Positions 17,973-26,293 of a stretch of 64,000 bases of DNA are shown in pieces (position 1 is the first letter of the stretch; each line of letters starts with the position of its first letter). The DNA comes from Fimbriimonadaceae bacterium (lineage in GTDB: Bacteria > Armatimonadota > Fimbriimonadia > Fimbriimonadales > Fimbriimonadaceae): positions 2,170-66,169 of the forward strand of contig JBBCJU010000003.1 in assembly GCA_037190145.1 (NCBI GenBank). The letters are read 5' to 3'. The position numbers were made by a program, and so were the translations under genes. The notes beneath the pieces were generated by a model. That model saw nothing but the letters and a program-made list of their open reading frames with translations. It did not search any database and was not told the DNA's origin.

Positions 17973-19595
17973 GTGAATATAATCTTGGGTACGACGACAC
18001 CGTCGAGGAAGACGATGCCCATTTCATCCATCACCAACGCAACCGGCTGCGATTTTTTTTCATCCACTCCAGACTCAATTTTTACAGTTGAGCAGTTTCA
18101 GGGCGACGATGCCTTAATGATCCAAGCGGCAGAACAGTTCAGCCGTGGCGAAGTATTACCATTAGTCGAACGCCTTGACCACCAAGAAGACGGCTTGATG
18201 CCCTCCCTCATCCAAAAGGCTGGTGAACTTGGCTTTTGTGGGATTGACTCCCCGGAAACGTTTGGCGGGCTTGGACAATCGAAAAACCTTGCCGCTCGAA
18301 TCCTGGAATACCTGTCTCTAAACGGTTCGTTTAGCGTGACGTATGGTATTACCAGCGGTATCAGCCAAGTTGGTCTCTCGCTGTTCGGCAATGAAAGCCA
18401 AAAAGCGAAGTACCTACCCTTATTGTCAACCGGAGAGTGGATGGGAGCCTATGCTCTTAGCGAACCCAATAGTGGAAGCGATGCTCTTTCTGTAACTACA
18501 AGGGCGGAGCAGCATGGCAACAAGTGGATTCTAAATGGCACCAAAATGTGGATCAGCAATGCCAAATGGGCTGATCTGTTCTTGGTTATGGCCAAGATTA
18601 ACGGGGATCAGTTCAGCGCATTTCTTGTTGAAAAAGACTTTCCCGGAGTGAGTGTCAGCCGAGAGGAACATAAAATGGGCTTGAAAGGTTCTTCGACGGC
18701 TCGGCTTGTTCTAGAGAATGCTGAAGTTCCACTCGAAAACCTTCTTTATGAACCAGGGCTTGGTCACCAAGTGGCCTTCAACGCCCTGAATCTTGGACGA
18801 TTCAAGCTCTCTTCCATGTCCATTGGCCCGGCAAGGCATGCGATTGAAGTGGCGTCTGATTACGCGCAGGATCGTAAACAGTTTGGAAAATCCATTGCAT
18901 CTTTTGGACTTATCGAGAAGAAGTTTGCGTTGATGGCGGCCCTGTTTTTTGCCGCTGAATCCATGATCTATCGAACCGGGGCCTTGATAGATTCCGCTTT
19001 CAGCCAGTTTGCTGGAGATATTGAAGGAAATAAGCGAGCCGCCTCTGAGTTTGCAGTTGAGTGCTCGGCTTGTAAAGTTTTTTCCACTGAAGTTGAAGGT
19101 TGGATTGTGGATGAAGCTCTTCAAACTTATGGTGGATATGGCTTTACAGAAGAGTTCCCCATCGCCCGTATTTACCGAGATGCACGGGTCAGTAGAATCT
19201 ATGAGGGTACCAACGAAATCAATCGAATCTTTTTGGCAGATAGATTGATCCGAAAAGCTAAAGAAGGGACCGCATCTTTGGAAGGGGTCGCCGATTCATT
19301 TGTCGCAGAACTGGCGGCAAAAGCTGTTCGGCTTTCCCTGAGTGGTCAAATAGAGATGGGAGCCCTTAGTGATCTCATCATGCTTCAATATGCTGAACAA
19401 TCTGCCCGGATTCGGACACAACAGGTTGGCAATCATACTGCCCTGCTTTATGAAGCCTTCCTCCCTTGGGTCAATGTTAGGGCTGCAGAGGCTTACCAAA
19501 CCCTGTCTGGTGAATCGATTGTTTTGCCCCAATGCGCTAAGCCCGAATATTCTGAAATTGCAAAGCTCCTGTATCAAAAGAAAAGCCCGTTATAG
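17973..19595 (+). CDS. Acyl-CoA dehydrogenase family protein (long form)
   Basis: YALSEPNSGSDA, KMWISNA and GGYGFTEEFPIARIYRDARVSRIYEGTNEINR are ACAD signature blocks. The start could be GTG 17973 or ATG 18015. Confidence 0.85.
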   Translation: MNIILGTTTPSRKTMPISSITNATGCDFFSSTPDSIFTVEQFQGDDALMIQAAEQFSRGEVLPLVERLDHQEDGLMPSLIQKAGELGFCGIDSPETFGGLGQSKNLAARILEYLSLNGSFSVTYGITSGISQVGLSLFGNESQKAKYLPLLSTGEWMGAYALSEPNSGSDALSVTTRAEQHGNKWILNGTKMWISNAKWADLFLVMAKINGDQFSAFLVEKDFPGVSVSREEHKMGLKGSSTARLVLENAEVPLENLLYEPGLGHQVAFNALNLGRFKLSSMSIGPARHAIEVASDYAQDRKQFGKSIASFGLIEKKFALMAALFFAAESMIYRTGALIDSAFSQFAGDIEGNKRAASEFAVECSACKVFSTEVEGWIVDEALQTYGGYGFTEEFPIARIYRDARVSRIYEGTNEINRIFLADRLIRKAKEGTASLEGVADSFVAELAAKAVRLSLSGQIEMGALSDLIMLQYAEQSARIRTQQVGNHTALLYEAFLPWVNVRAAEAYQTLSGESIVLPQCAKPEYSEIAKLLYQKKSPL

Positions 19596-19651
19596 ATCGT
19601 CGTTTGACCACTTTTCTTAACGATCCCTTATAGGTGATAATGCATAGGACG

Positions 19652-19671
19652 ATTTGGCAACGTTGCCGAAT
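19652..19671. promoter_or_regulatory. Near-perfect 20-bp palindrome upstream of glnA (candidate operator)
   Basis: ATTTGGCAACGTTGCCGAAT pairs at 9 of 10 positions, with a perfect 12-bp core GGCAACGTTGCC. It lies about 105 nt upstream of the glnA ATG. Confidence 0.35.
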
Positions 19672-19776
19672 AGCCCTGCTCACAGGCGTCAGGGGGCTTT
19701 GCTCCCGGTCGCTTGAAAGCCCTACGCAATGCCCGCGTGGGATTTCGAACGAACGATTAATTTTTTGCGAGGAAAA

Positions 19777-21186
19777 ATGACCCCTAAAGACGCCGTCGCC
19801 TTCGTACAAGAAAACGAAGCTCAGATAGTTGACATCCGGTTTACCGACCTGATGGGTACTTGGCAACACTTCAGCATGCCGGTTGGTCACTTCAGTGAAG
19901 ACCACTTTACGGAGGGTCTACCCTTCGACGGCTCCAGCATCCGTGGCTTCCAAACCATCAATGAATCGGACATGCTACTCATTCCAGATCCATCCAGCAT
20001 GTTTATGGATCCATTCACCGAGGTTGCTACCGCGGTTGTGATCTGTAAGATTGAGGATCCTCTGACTCGTCAACCTTATTCCAAGGACCCACGCTTCACG
20101 GCTGAGAAGGCCGAACAGTATCTGAAGTCAACCGGTATTGGGGACACTGCATTCTTTGGCCCTGAGGCCGAATTCTTCGTGTTTGATCAGCTTCTTTTCA
20201 ATGTAGACCCTCATAACAGTGGCTACAAGATCAAGTCTGAAGAAGCCTACTGGACCTCTGGTGATGAGGATAGCTCCGGTTACACCATTAAGCCAAAGGG
20301 AGGCTACTTCCCTTGCGCTCCTGTGGATAAGCTTCAAGACCTCCGTACAGAAATGGTCCTTCATATGGAATCTGTTGGAATCACGGTCGAAATGCATCAC
20401 CACGAGGTTGCAACCGCTGGTCAGTGCGAGATCGACATGAAGTTCGATACCCTCACAAAGATTGCCGACCAGTTGATGAAGTACAAGTACATCGTCAAGC
20501 AAACCGCCTACCAACATGGTCTGTTCGCTACCTTTATGCCGAAGCCTCTCTTTGGTGATAACGGCAGTGGAATGCACGTTCACCAATCCATTTGGAAGAA
20601 CGGCGAAACCCAAATGTTCGACGAAGCCGGATACGCTGCCCTCAGCGACACGGCTCGATGGTATATCGGTGGCCTCTTGAAGCACGCGCCCGCGCTTTTG
20701 GCCTTCTGCGCACCTTCCACCAACTCCTACCGGCGGCTGGTGCCTGGTTACGAGGCTCCGATTAACCTGATGTACTCCGCTCGAAACCGATCGGCTTGTG
20801 TCCGTATCCCAATGGTTAGCAAGTCGCCTAAGGCGAAGCGAGTTGAGTTCCGTGCGCCAGACCCCATGGCAAACCCATATCTTGCCTTCTCCGCGCTCCT
20901 GATGGCAGGTATCGATGGAATTCAAAACCGAATAGAGCCACCTAAGCCTCTGGATAAGGACCTGTACGAACTTCCTCCTCTTGAGCGAGCAGGTATCGCA
21001 CAAACCCCAGGGTCTCTCCGAGCCACTCTCCATGCACTTCTAGAGGACCACGAGTTCTTGCTGAAGGGCGATGTATTTACCAAGGAACTCATCGAGAGCT
21101 ATGTTGAATACAAACTTGTAAACGAGTGCGATGCTGTCGATCTACGACCCCATCCGTACGAGTTCTACATGTACGCTGACGCCTAA
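19777..21186 (+). CDS. glnA: Glutamine synthetase, type I
   Basis: MTPKDAVAFVQENEAQIVDIRFTDLMG aligns with GSI N-termini. GSGMHVHQS and NSYRRLVPGYEAP blocks present. GAGG lies 5 nt upstream of ATG 19777, although the ORF opens at 19729. Confidence 0.95.
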   Translation: MTPKDAVAFVQENEAQIVDIRFTDLMGTWQHFSMPVGHFSEDHFTEGLPFDGSSIRGFQTINESDMLLIPDPSSMFMDPFTEVATAVVICKIEDPLTRQPYSKDPRFTAEKAEQYLKSTGIGDTAFFGPEAEFFVFDQLLFNVDPHNSGYKIKSEEAYWTSGDEDSSGYTIKPKGGYFPCAPVDKLQDLRTEMVLHMESVGITVEMHHHEVATAGQCEIDMKFDTLTKIADQLMKYKYIVKQTAYQHGLFATFMPKPLFGDNGSGMHVHQSIWKNGETQMFDEAGYAALSDTARWYIGGLLKHAPALLAFCAPSTNSYRRLVPGYEAPINLMYSARNRSACVRIPMVSKSPKAKRVEFRAPDPMANPYLAFSALLMAGIDGIQNRIEPPKPLDKDLYELPPLERAGIAQTPGSLRATLHALLEDHEFLLKGDVFTKELIESYVEYKLVNECDAVDLRPHPYEFYMYADA

Positions 21187-21196
21187 AGTCAGTTCC

Positions 21197-21225
21197 CTGC
21201 CCCTCCTCTCAACGAGTAGGGGCAG
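21197..21225 (+). terminator. Candidate stem-loop terminator after glnA
   Basis: 8-bp stem CTGCCCCT/AGGGGCAG with a 13-nt loop, 11 nt after the stop. The downstream tract is pyrimidine-rich but is not a clean U-run. Confidence 0.35.
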
Positions 21226-21264
21226 TCCTCTCCCAGTTTCTCCAAGTCGGTACACTTCCCGGCT

Positions 21265-22743
21265 GTGATAACCCTCGACCGGTCAGTGCTGACCTTGTCC
21301 CAAATTGAGTCTGTAGCTCATGGCTTTGCCCCTGTTTCAATTGCGCCGGCTACTTACGAGCGAGTTGAGGCCAGCCGAAAAGTTGTCGAGCAAATTCTGG
21401 ACGAGCATCGGGTTGTCTATGGAGTGAACACCGGTTTTGGTCGCCTCTCTGATGTCAAAATATCAGACGACGACCTGAAGATTCTCCAAATCAATCTTGT
21501 CCGCAGCCACTCCGTGGGAGTGGGTGAGCCACTCTCTATTCCCGAGACAAGAGCCATGATGCTTCTGCGAGCCAATGTATTGGCGCAAGGCTACAGCGGA
21601 GCTAGGAGAGAGGCGCTTGATCTTCTGGTCGGGATGCTCAATGACCAAATTCACCCCATCATTCCTTCCCGAGGATCTGTTGGGGCCAGCGGCGATCTTG
21701 CTCCATTAGCTCACTTAGCGCTCGCCATGATTGGTGAAGGCCCTTGCTGGGACAACAGAACCGTCGCAAACCCTCTCAACTTAGAAGCGAAAGAAGGTCT
21801 CGCACTTTTAAATGGCACTCAAGCCATCGGCGCGGTAGGTTCTCTCGCCCTTATCAGGGCTATGCAGTGCGCACATGTGGCCGATATTGCCGGGGCGATG
21901 ACTCTTGAAGCCCTGCTGGGAACCCCAACTGCATTCGATCCTAGAATCCAAGACGCTCGCCCACATCCCGGGCAAATCCAAGTCGCCGCTCACCTTCGAA
22001 ACCTCATGGAAGGCAGCGAGATTCGAGAATCTCATCGCGATAATGATCCTCGGGTGCAAGATGCCTACTGCCTGCGTTGTATGCCTCAGGTTCACGGTGC
22101 GGTGAGGGGCGCACTGGAGCATGTCCGCCAAGTTTTGGAGATCGAATCCGGCTCCGGCACCGACAATCCCCTAGTCTTCACAGATAACGGAGATGTTCTC
22201 TCAGGCGGAAACTTCCACGGCGCTCCGTTAGCCTATGCCCTGGACTACGCCGCCATCGTCCTCACCGACCTCCTCTCGATAAGCGAGCGCCGCATCGATC
22301 GGCTAGTCAACCCCGACACCAGCGAGGGCCTTCCCGCATTTCTCACCCGCCACCCAGGAACTTCCTCCGGCTTCATGATGGCGCACGTAACCGTTGCGGC
22401 CCTGTTGAACGAGTGCAAGGTTCTCTCCCACCCCGCCAGCGTTGACAGTGTCCCGACTTCTGGCGGAAAAGAGGATCATGTTTCGATGGGGATGACCTCC
22501 GCGCTCAAGCTCCGCCAGATCGTGGCGAATGTGGAGCTCGGCCTGGCAATAGAGCTGCTCGCCGCAGCCGAGGGGCTGGAGTTCCGAAAGCCGTTGCACC
22601 CCGGCGATGGAGTTCAAAAGGCGTACCAAGCTGTCCGAGATATCGCAGAGCCCGTCCTAGTAGACCGCGCCCTCTCCCCTGATATTGAGGCCGTCGCCGG
22701 TGGAATTCGAGCCGGAGCCTTCACCCTTTCCCCCGAGCCGTGA
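21265..22743 (+). CDS. hutH: Histidine ammonia-lyase
   Basis: GASGDLAPLAH (the MIO-forming ASG triad), YGVNTGFG and GNFHG blocks. GTG start aligns with HutH N-termini. Confidence 0.95.
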   Translation: MITLDRSVLTLSQIESVAHGFAPVSIAPATYERVEASRKVVEQILDEHRVVYGVNTGFGRLSDVKISDDDLKILQINLVRSHSVGVGEPLSIPETRAMMLLRANVLAQGYSGARREALDLLVGMLNDQIHPIIPSRGSVGASGDLAPLAHLALAMIGEGPCWDNRTVANPLNLEAKEGLALLNGTQAIGAVGSLALIRAMQCAHVADIAGAMTLEALLGTPTAFDPRIQDARPHPGQIQVAAHLRNLMEGSEIRESHRDNDPRVQDAYCLRCMPQVHGAVRGALEHVRQVLEIESGSGTDNPLVFTDNGDVLSGGNFHGAPLAYALDYAAIVLTDLLSISERRIDRLVNPDTSEGLPAFLTRHPGTSSGFMMAHVTVAALLNECKVLSHPASVDSVPTSGGKEDHVSMGMTSALKLRQIVANVELGLAIELLAAAEGLEFRKPLHPGDGVQKAYQAVRDIAEPVLVDRALSPDIEAVAGGIRAGAFTLSPEP

Positions 22744-22804
22744 CAGCCGTCCCGCAAGGAATCGCGGACGTTTGTAGAGCTTTTCCGGAGGTCCCGGACC
22801 GCTT

Positions 22805-22965
22805 TTCGGGCGTTTTAAAATGATTTTCAAACATCCGACAAGGACATTCAAACCCCTGATGTCTCCTCTCGACCTTCCGAAAACGATTTTCAAATGGCCG
22901 AGAAAGGGATTCAAGCATCAGAAACTCCTTCTCGAACACTCGAAAATCGCCGTCAAAGTAAACTC
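22805..22965. repeat. Degenerate ~62-bp tandem direct repeat (about 2.4 copies) in the hutH-hutU spacer
   Basis: Unit cores AAAATGATTTTCAAACATCCGACAAGGACATTCAAAC (22817-22853) and AAAACGATTTTCAAATGGCCGAGAAAGGGATTCAAGC (22880-22916), with matching tails CTCCTCTCGAC / CTCCTTCTCGAAC. A partial third start CGAAAATCGCCGTCAAAG follows. Confidence 0.6.
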
Positions 22966-22971
22966 TGCGGC

Positions 22972-24621
22972 ATGACGCAATCGCCGACGATCGTCCGTGC
23001 GCCTCACGGCACCTCCCTCTCTTGCAAAGGCTGGCATCAGGAAGCCGCGATGCGGATGCTGATGAACAACCTGGACCCCGAGGTGGCCGAGGACCCGGAG
23101 AACCTGATTGTCTATGGCGGAACTGGGAAGGCCGCGCGAAACTGGGATTGCTACCACGCCATTATTCGCTCCCTCCAATCCTTGGAGAACGACGAGACCC
23201 TGCTCGTCCAATCCGGCAAACCGGTCGGGATCTTCCGCACTCATGAAGAAGCGCCGCGCGTTCTGATCGCGAACTCCAATTTGGTTGGCAAATGGTCCAA
23301 CTGGGAGCATTTCCGAGAGCTGGAGCGCAAGGGCCTCATGATGTACGGCCAGATGACCGCCGGATCTTGGATTTACATCGGCTCCCAGGGCATCGTGCAA
23401 GGCACCTTCGAGACTTTTGCCGCCTGCGCAGACCAACACTTCGGCGGCGATCTGAAAGGCAAGCTAGTGGTCAGCGGCGGAATGGGCGGGATGGGCGGCG
23501 CTCAACCTCTTGCCGCAACCTTGAACGGCGCGAACTTCCTGGGGATAGACGTCGATCCATCGCGAATCGAGAAACGCCTGAAATCCGGCTACTGCGACCA
23601 GATTGCGTGGACCTTGGATGAAGCCCTAGCCATGTTCGTTGGCGCAGAAGGGCTATCGGTTGGTCTTGTCGGAAACTGCGCCGATGTGCTTCCCGAGATG
23701 CTTCGACGAGGGATCATTCCCGACGTCCTCACCGACCAAACCTCCGCCCACGATCCTCTCAATGGTTACGTTCCAAACGGAATGACCCTAGAGGAAGCCG
23801 CTTCTCTGCGCGAATCCAATTCAGACGAGTACGTTCGAAGATCAAAGGAAGCAATGGCGGTACATGTTCATGCCATGCTCGATCTAAAGGCCAAAGGCGC
23901 GATCACATTTGACTACGGCAACAACATCCGCGCTTTCGCCCAAGAAGCAGGCTGCGAGCGTGCGTTTGACATCAAAGGTTTTGTTCCCGAATACATCCGC
24001 CCCCTCTTCTGCGAAGGCAAAGGCCCCTTCCGTTGGGCTGCTCTTTCAGGTGATCCAGAGGATATCTACAGAACGGACCGCCTCGCTCTCGAACTGTTCC
24101 CGGAGAATAAAACTCTCAGACGCTGGATGGAGAACGCCGCGCCCAAGATTCAGTTCCAGGGACTGCCCGCCCGAATCTGTTGGCTAGGCTATGGAGATCG
24201 CGCCAAGATGGGCCTGGCAATCAATGAGCTTGTCCGAACCGGTGAGATCAAAGCCCCGATCGTCATCGGTCGAGACCACCTAGACTGCGGCTCCGTCGCC
24301 TCCCCAAATCGGGAAACCGAGTCCATGAAGGATGGCACCGATGCCGTCGCCGACTGGGCACTGCTCAATGCCATGGTAAATACCGCCGCTGGTGCATCCT
24401 GGGTTTCCCTTCATAACGGCGGAGGTGTAGGCATCGGCTATTCTCAGCACGCAGGAATGGTGGTCGTAGCCGATGGCACCGATTCAGCGGCGAGAAGGCT
24501 CGAAAGAGTTCTCACATCTGATCCTGGCATGGGAGTGATTCGTCATGTGGACGCAGGTTATGATGAAGCTATTGCATTTGCCACGGATCATGAAATCAAA
24601 GTACCATTGCCGCGTGGCTAG
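22972..24621 (+). CDS. hutU: Urocanate hydratase
   Basis: [32 protein letters not shown] and [13 protein letters not shown] (NAD site) are HutU hallmarks. ATG 22972 is preferred by N-terminal homology, although the ORF opens at 22894 inside the repeat. Confidence 0.95.
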   Translation: MTQSPTIVRAPHGTSLSCKGWHQEAAMRMLMNNLDPEVAEDPENLIVYGGTGKAARNWDCYHAIIRSLQSLENDETLLVQSGKPVGIFRTHEEAPRVLIANSNLVGKWSNWEHFRELERKGLMMYGQMTAGSWIYIGSQGIVQGTFETFAACADQHFGGDLKGKLVVSGGMGGMGGAQPLAATLNGANFLGIDVDPSRIEKRLKSGYCDQIAWTLDEALAMFVGAEGLSVGLVGNCADVLPEMLRRGIIPDVLTDQTSAHDPLNGYVPNGMTLEEAASLRESNSDEYVRRSKEAMAVHVHAMLDLKAKGAITFDYGNNIRAFAQEAGCERAFDIKGFVPEYIRPLFCEGKGPFRWAALSGDPEDIYRTDRLALELFPENKTLRRWMENAAPKIQFQGLPARICWLGYGDRAKMGLAINELVRTGEIKAPIVIGRDHLDCGSVASPNRETESMKDGTDAVADWALLNAMVNTAAGASWVSLHNGGGVGIGYSQHAGMVVVADGTDSAARRLERVLTSDPGMGVIRHVDAGYDEAIAFATDHEIKVPLPRG

Positions 24622-25063
24622 ATCTTTGTTCCTTGCACTGCTTACCGCCTTGCTTATTGGGTGTAACGCCAGTCCATCGTTTGTGGGCGTATGGACTTGT
24701 GAATCGGCAGTCATGACGCTGGATACCAAAACGGTTACTGAACATAAGGCGGATGGCACGTTCAAGTCGGTAACCACAACCCAAAAGAGCCCCGATGGAG
24801 CATATTTAACCGCCACGGATACCGGAACTTGGAAACTGGATGGCAATAAATTGACTCAGCTCTATACGGATATAGATTGGAAATTTTCCGGTGGAAAACC
24901 AGAAGTTATGAAACGGGCGAGCCAACGGTTTAAGGAAGTAAAACCAACAGTCATTGCCGAATCCAATCGCGCCGGTACCGGCACTATCAGTTGGAAAGGG
25001 AACGACGACTTTGAGTACGTTGACAAGGCAGGCAAGAAATACATCTACCGCCGACAAAAATGA
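24590..25063 (+). CDS. Lipoprotein, lipocalin-like
   Basis: Lipobox LLIGC after a hydrophobic leader. Has GVW / [10 protein letters not shown] beta-barrel-like motifs. The start is ATG 24590 or GTG 24614, and either overlaps the hutU 3' end. The stop overlaps the next start (ATGA). Confidence 0.5.
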   Translation: MKSKYHCRVARSLFLALLTALLIGCNASPSFVGVWTCESAVMTLDTKTVTEHKADGTFKSVTTTQKSPDGAYLTATDTGTWKLDGNKLTQLYTDIDWKFSGGKPEVMKRASQRFKEVKPTVIAESNRAGTGTISWKGNDDFEYVDKAGKKYIYRRQK

Positions 25064-25554
25064 ACATTAATTTCGAATCCTTCAAAAGTTGGAAAGGCGA
25101 TCTCTTTAGAGGGTGTAGTCCCGTATTGGTAGATGTCAAAGCTCAAGAAGCCGTGATGGGGGTTGATAGAGAGAACCAATGTATCCAAACTCTAAGCGGG
25201 AGTTACTATTCAAAGATCATCTCGATCTCAGACGGTTGGAAGAACGCTCCTCACATCATCTATCAGCTTATGTCTAGGAATCAGACTTTTACAAGCGTCG
25301 ATTGGATGATTCAACTCATTGACTCTACTGGAAACCTATTGCTAGATCACTTTGCTCCACGAGCACCATTACTGGTCCATCGTCCTAATGGCGCCAAAAG
25401 TCAGTATTGCGATGAGCAAGGCACTGCACTTGTCACTATGACCGATGCTTGGCGTGATGACGACCTCAAGAGAGGAGTGATTAGCCAGTTCGAGATAAAC
25501 GAACCCGATCACCCTCTTTCCTACCCCGCGCTTTGGAGTTTCTTCGGTGTATGA
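25060..25554 (+). CDS. Unknown-function protein, tandem paralog A
   Basis: 164 aa and clearly homologous to the next ORF (FESFK-WKGD-FRGCSPVLVD...HFAPR-PLL...LVTM...WRD-D-KR...QFEINEP-HPLS). No signal peptide. Confidence 0.5.
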   Translation: MNINFESFKSWKGDLFRGCSPVLVDVKAQEAVMGVDRENQCIQTLSGSYYSKIISISDGWKNAPHIIYQLMSRNQTFTSVDWMIQLIDSTGNLLLDHFAPRAPLLVHRPNGAKSQYCDEQGTALVTMTDAWRDDDLKRGVISQFEINEPDHPLSYPALWSFFGV

Positions 25555-25604
25555 CGCTAAAAGATTGTCAGCGACTTCTCCAATGTATTCCGACTAGAGA
25601 AGCA

Positions 25605-26123
25605 ATGAGTATTCAGTTCGAATCATTCAAAGGATGGAAAGGAGACTCTTTTCGTGGATGCAGCCCTGTATTGGTAGACATCCAATCCCAGGAAGCAATG
25701 ATGGGAATTCACCTAGAGAGTCAAGCCATTCGAACGCTGGAGGCCACATACTACTCAAGTCTTGTGGTTATCTCAAACAGCCATGAAGGCCCACCCTATG
25801 TTGCCTATCGCCCTTTCTCAACAGACCAAAGTCTTGGAACAATCGAATGGGCGACCTTAGTTGCAGATCACAACGGCCCGACATTTTTTGCGCACTTTGC
25901 GCCTCGCTGTCCCTTACTGATCCCAAAGCGCTCTGGCACACGGTTACAAATCTGCGATGAAAATGGAACGCCTTTGGTCACAATGTTTGGTGTGTGGCGA
26001 GATTCCGACATCAAGCGACATGTGTTGAAGCAGTTTGAGATCAATGAACCCAATCATCCGCTTAGCACGTTTGCACTCATAAGCCTTCTCCATGCTTCAA
26101 GTGACTCCCGGATGCTCACATAA
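25605..26123 (+). CDS. Unknown-function protein, tandem paralog B
   Basis: Starting at ATG 25605 (MSIQFESFKG) aligns it residue-for-residue with paralog A, roughly 45-50% identical by eye. Confidence 0.5.
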   Translation: MSIQFESFKGWKGDSFRGCSPVLVDIQSQEAMMGIHLESQAIRTLEATYYSSLVVISNSHEGPPYVAYRPFSTDQSLGTIEWATLVADHNGPTFFAHFAPRCPLLIPKRSGTRLQICDENGTPLVTMFGVWRDSDIKRHVLKQFEINEPNHPLSTFALISLLHASSDSRMLT

Positions 26124-26293
26124 CTAACTATGCTAAAGATACAAAAGGGGTTTACACTCTGACTAAACGAGATTTCCGACGCTACCTTGCCTATGGCAGC
26201 GGTAAGGCAACACTAGAGGTTTTTCAAAACGGCGATGCTGGGAGAGAAGCTGACATTCTCAATGCTTGCTGCAAAAGCACCCTCTTTGATCGG

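Noticed and set aside
19656-19667. Considered TGGCAACGTTGCC as a sigma-54 (-24/-12) promoter for glnA.
   Set aside because: The GG and GC elements are 9 nt apart rather than the canonical spacing (TGGCAC-N5-TTGC, 12 nt from G to G). The perfect dyad symmetry fits an operator better.
20128-21033. 301-aa ORF antisense to glnA.
   Set aside because: It lies entirely inside the strongly supported glnA CDS. It has an Arg/Ser/Leu-rich shadow-frame composition and no recognisable motifs, so it is most simply a mirror ORF of a conserved gene.
22303-23621. Cluster of 60-173-aa ORFs in several frames over the hutH 3' end and hutU 5' half (for example 22918..23439 on the minus strand and 23292..23621 on the plus strand).
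   Set aside because: They coincide with the locally GC-rich patch, where stop codons are scarce in all frames. Their Arg/Pro/Gly-rich translations look non-biological, and hutH/hutU fully explain the region.
26105-26293. The reading frame of ORF 26294..27430 stays open for 63 more codons upstream (from the stop at 26102-26104). An out-of-frame ATG at 26130 lies just before an A4G4 run. This could be a 5' frameshifted extension.
   Set aside because: There is no ATG, GTG or TTG in frame in the extension. A 63-codon open stretch can arise by chance at this GC content, and I have no homolog to show that the extension is coding. It is worth a BLASTX only.
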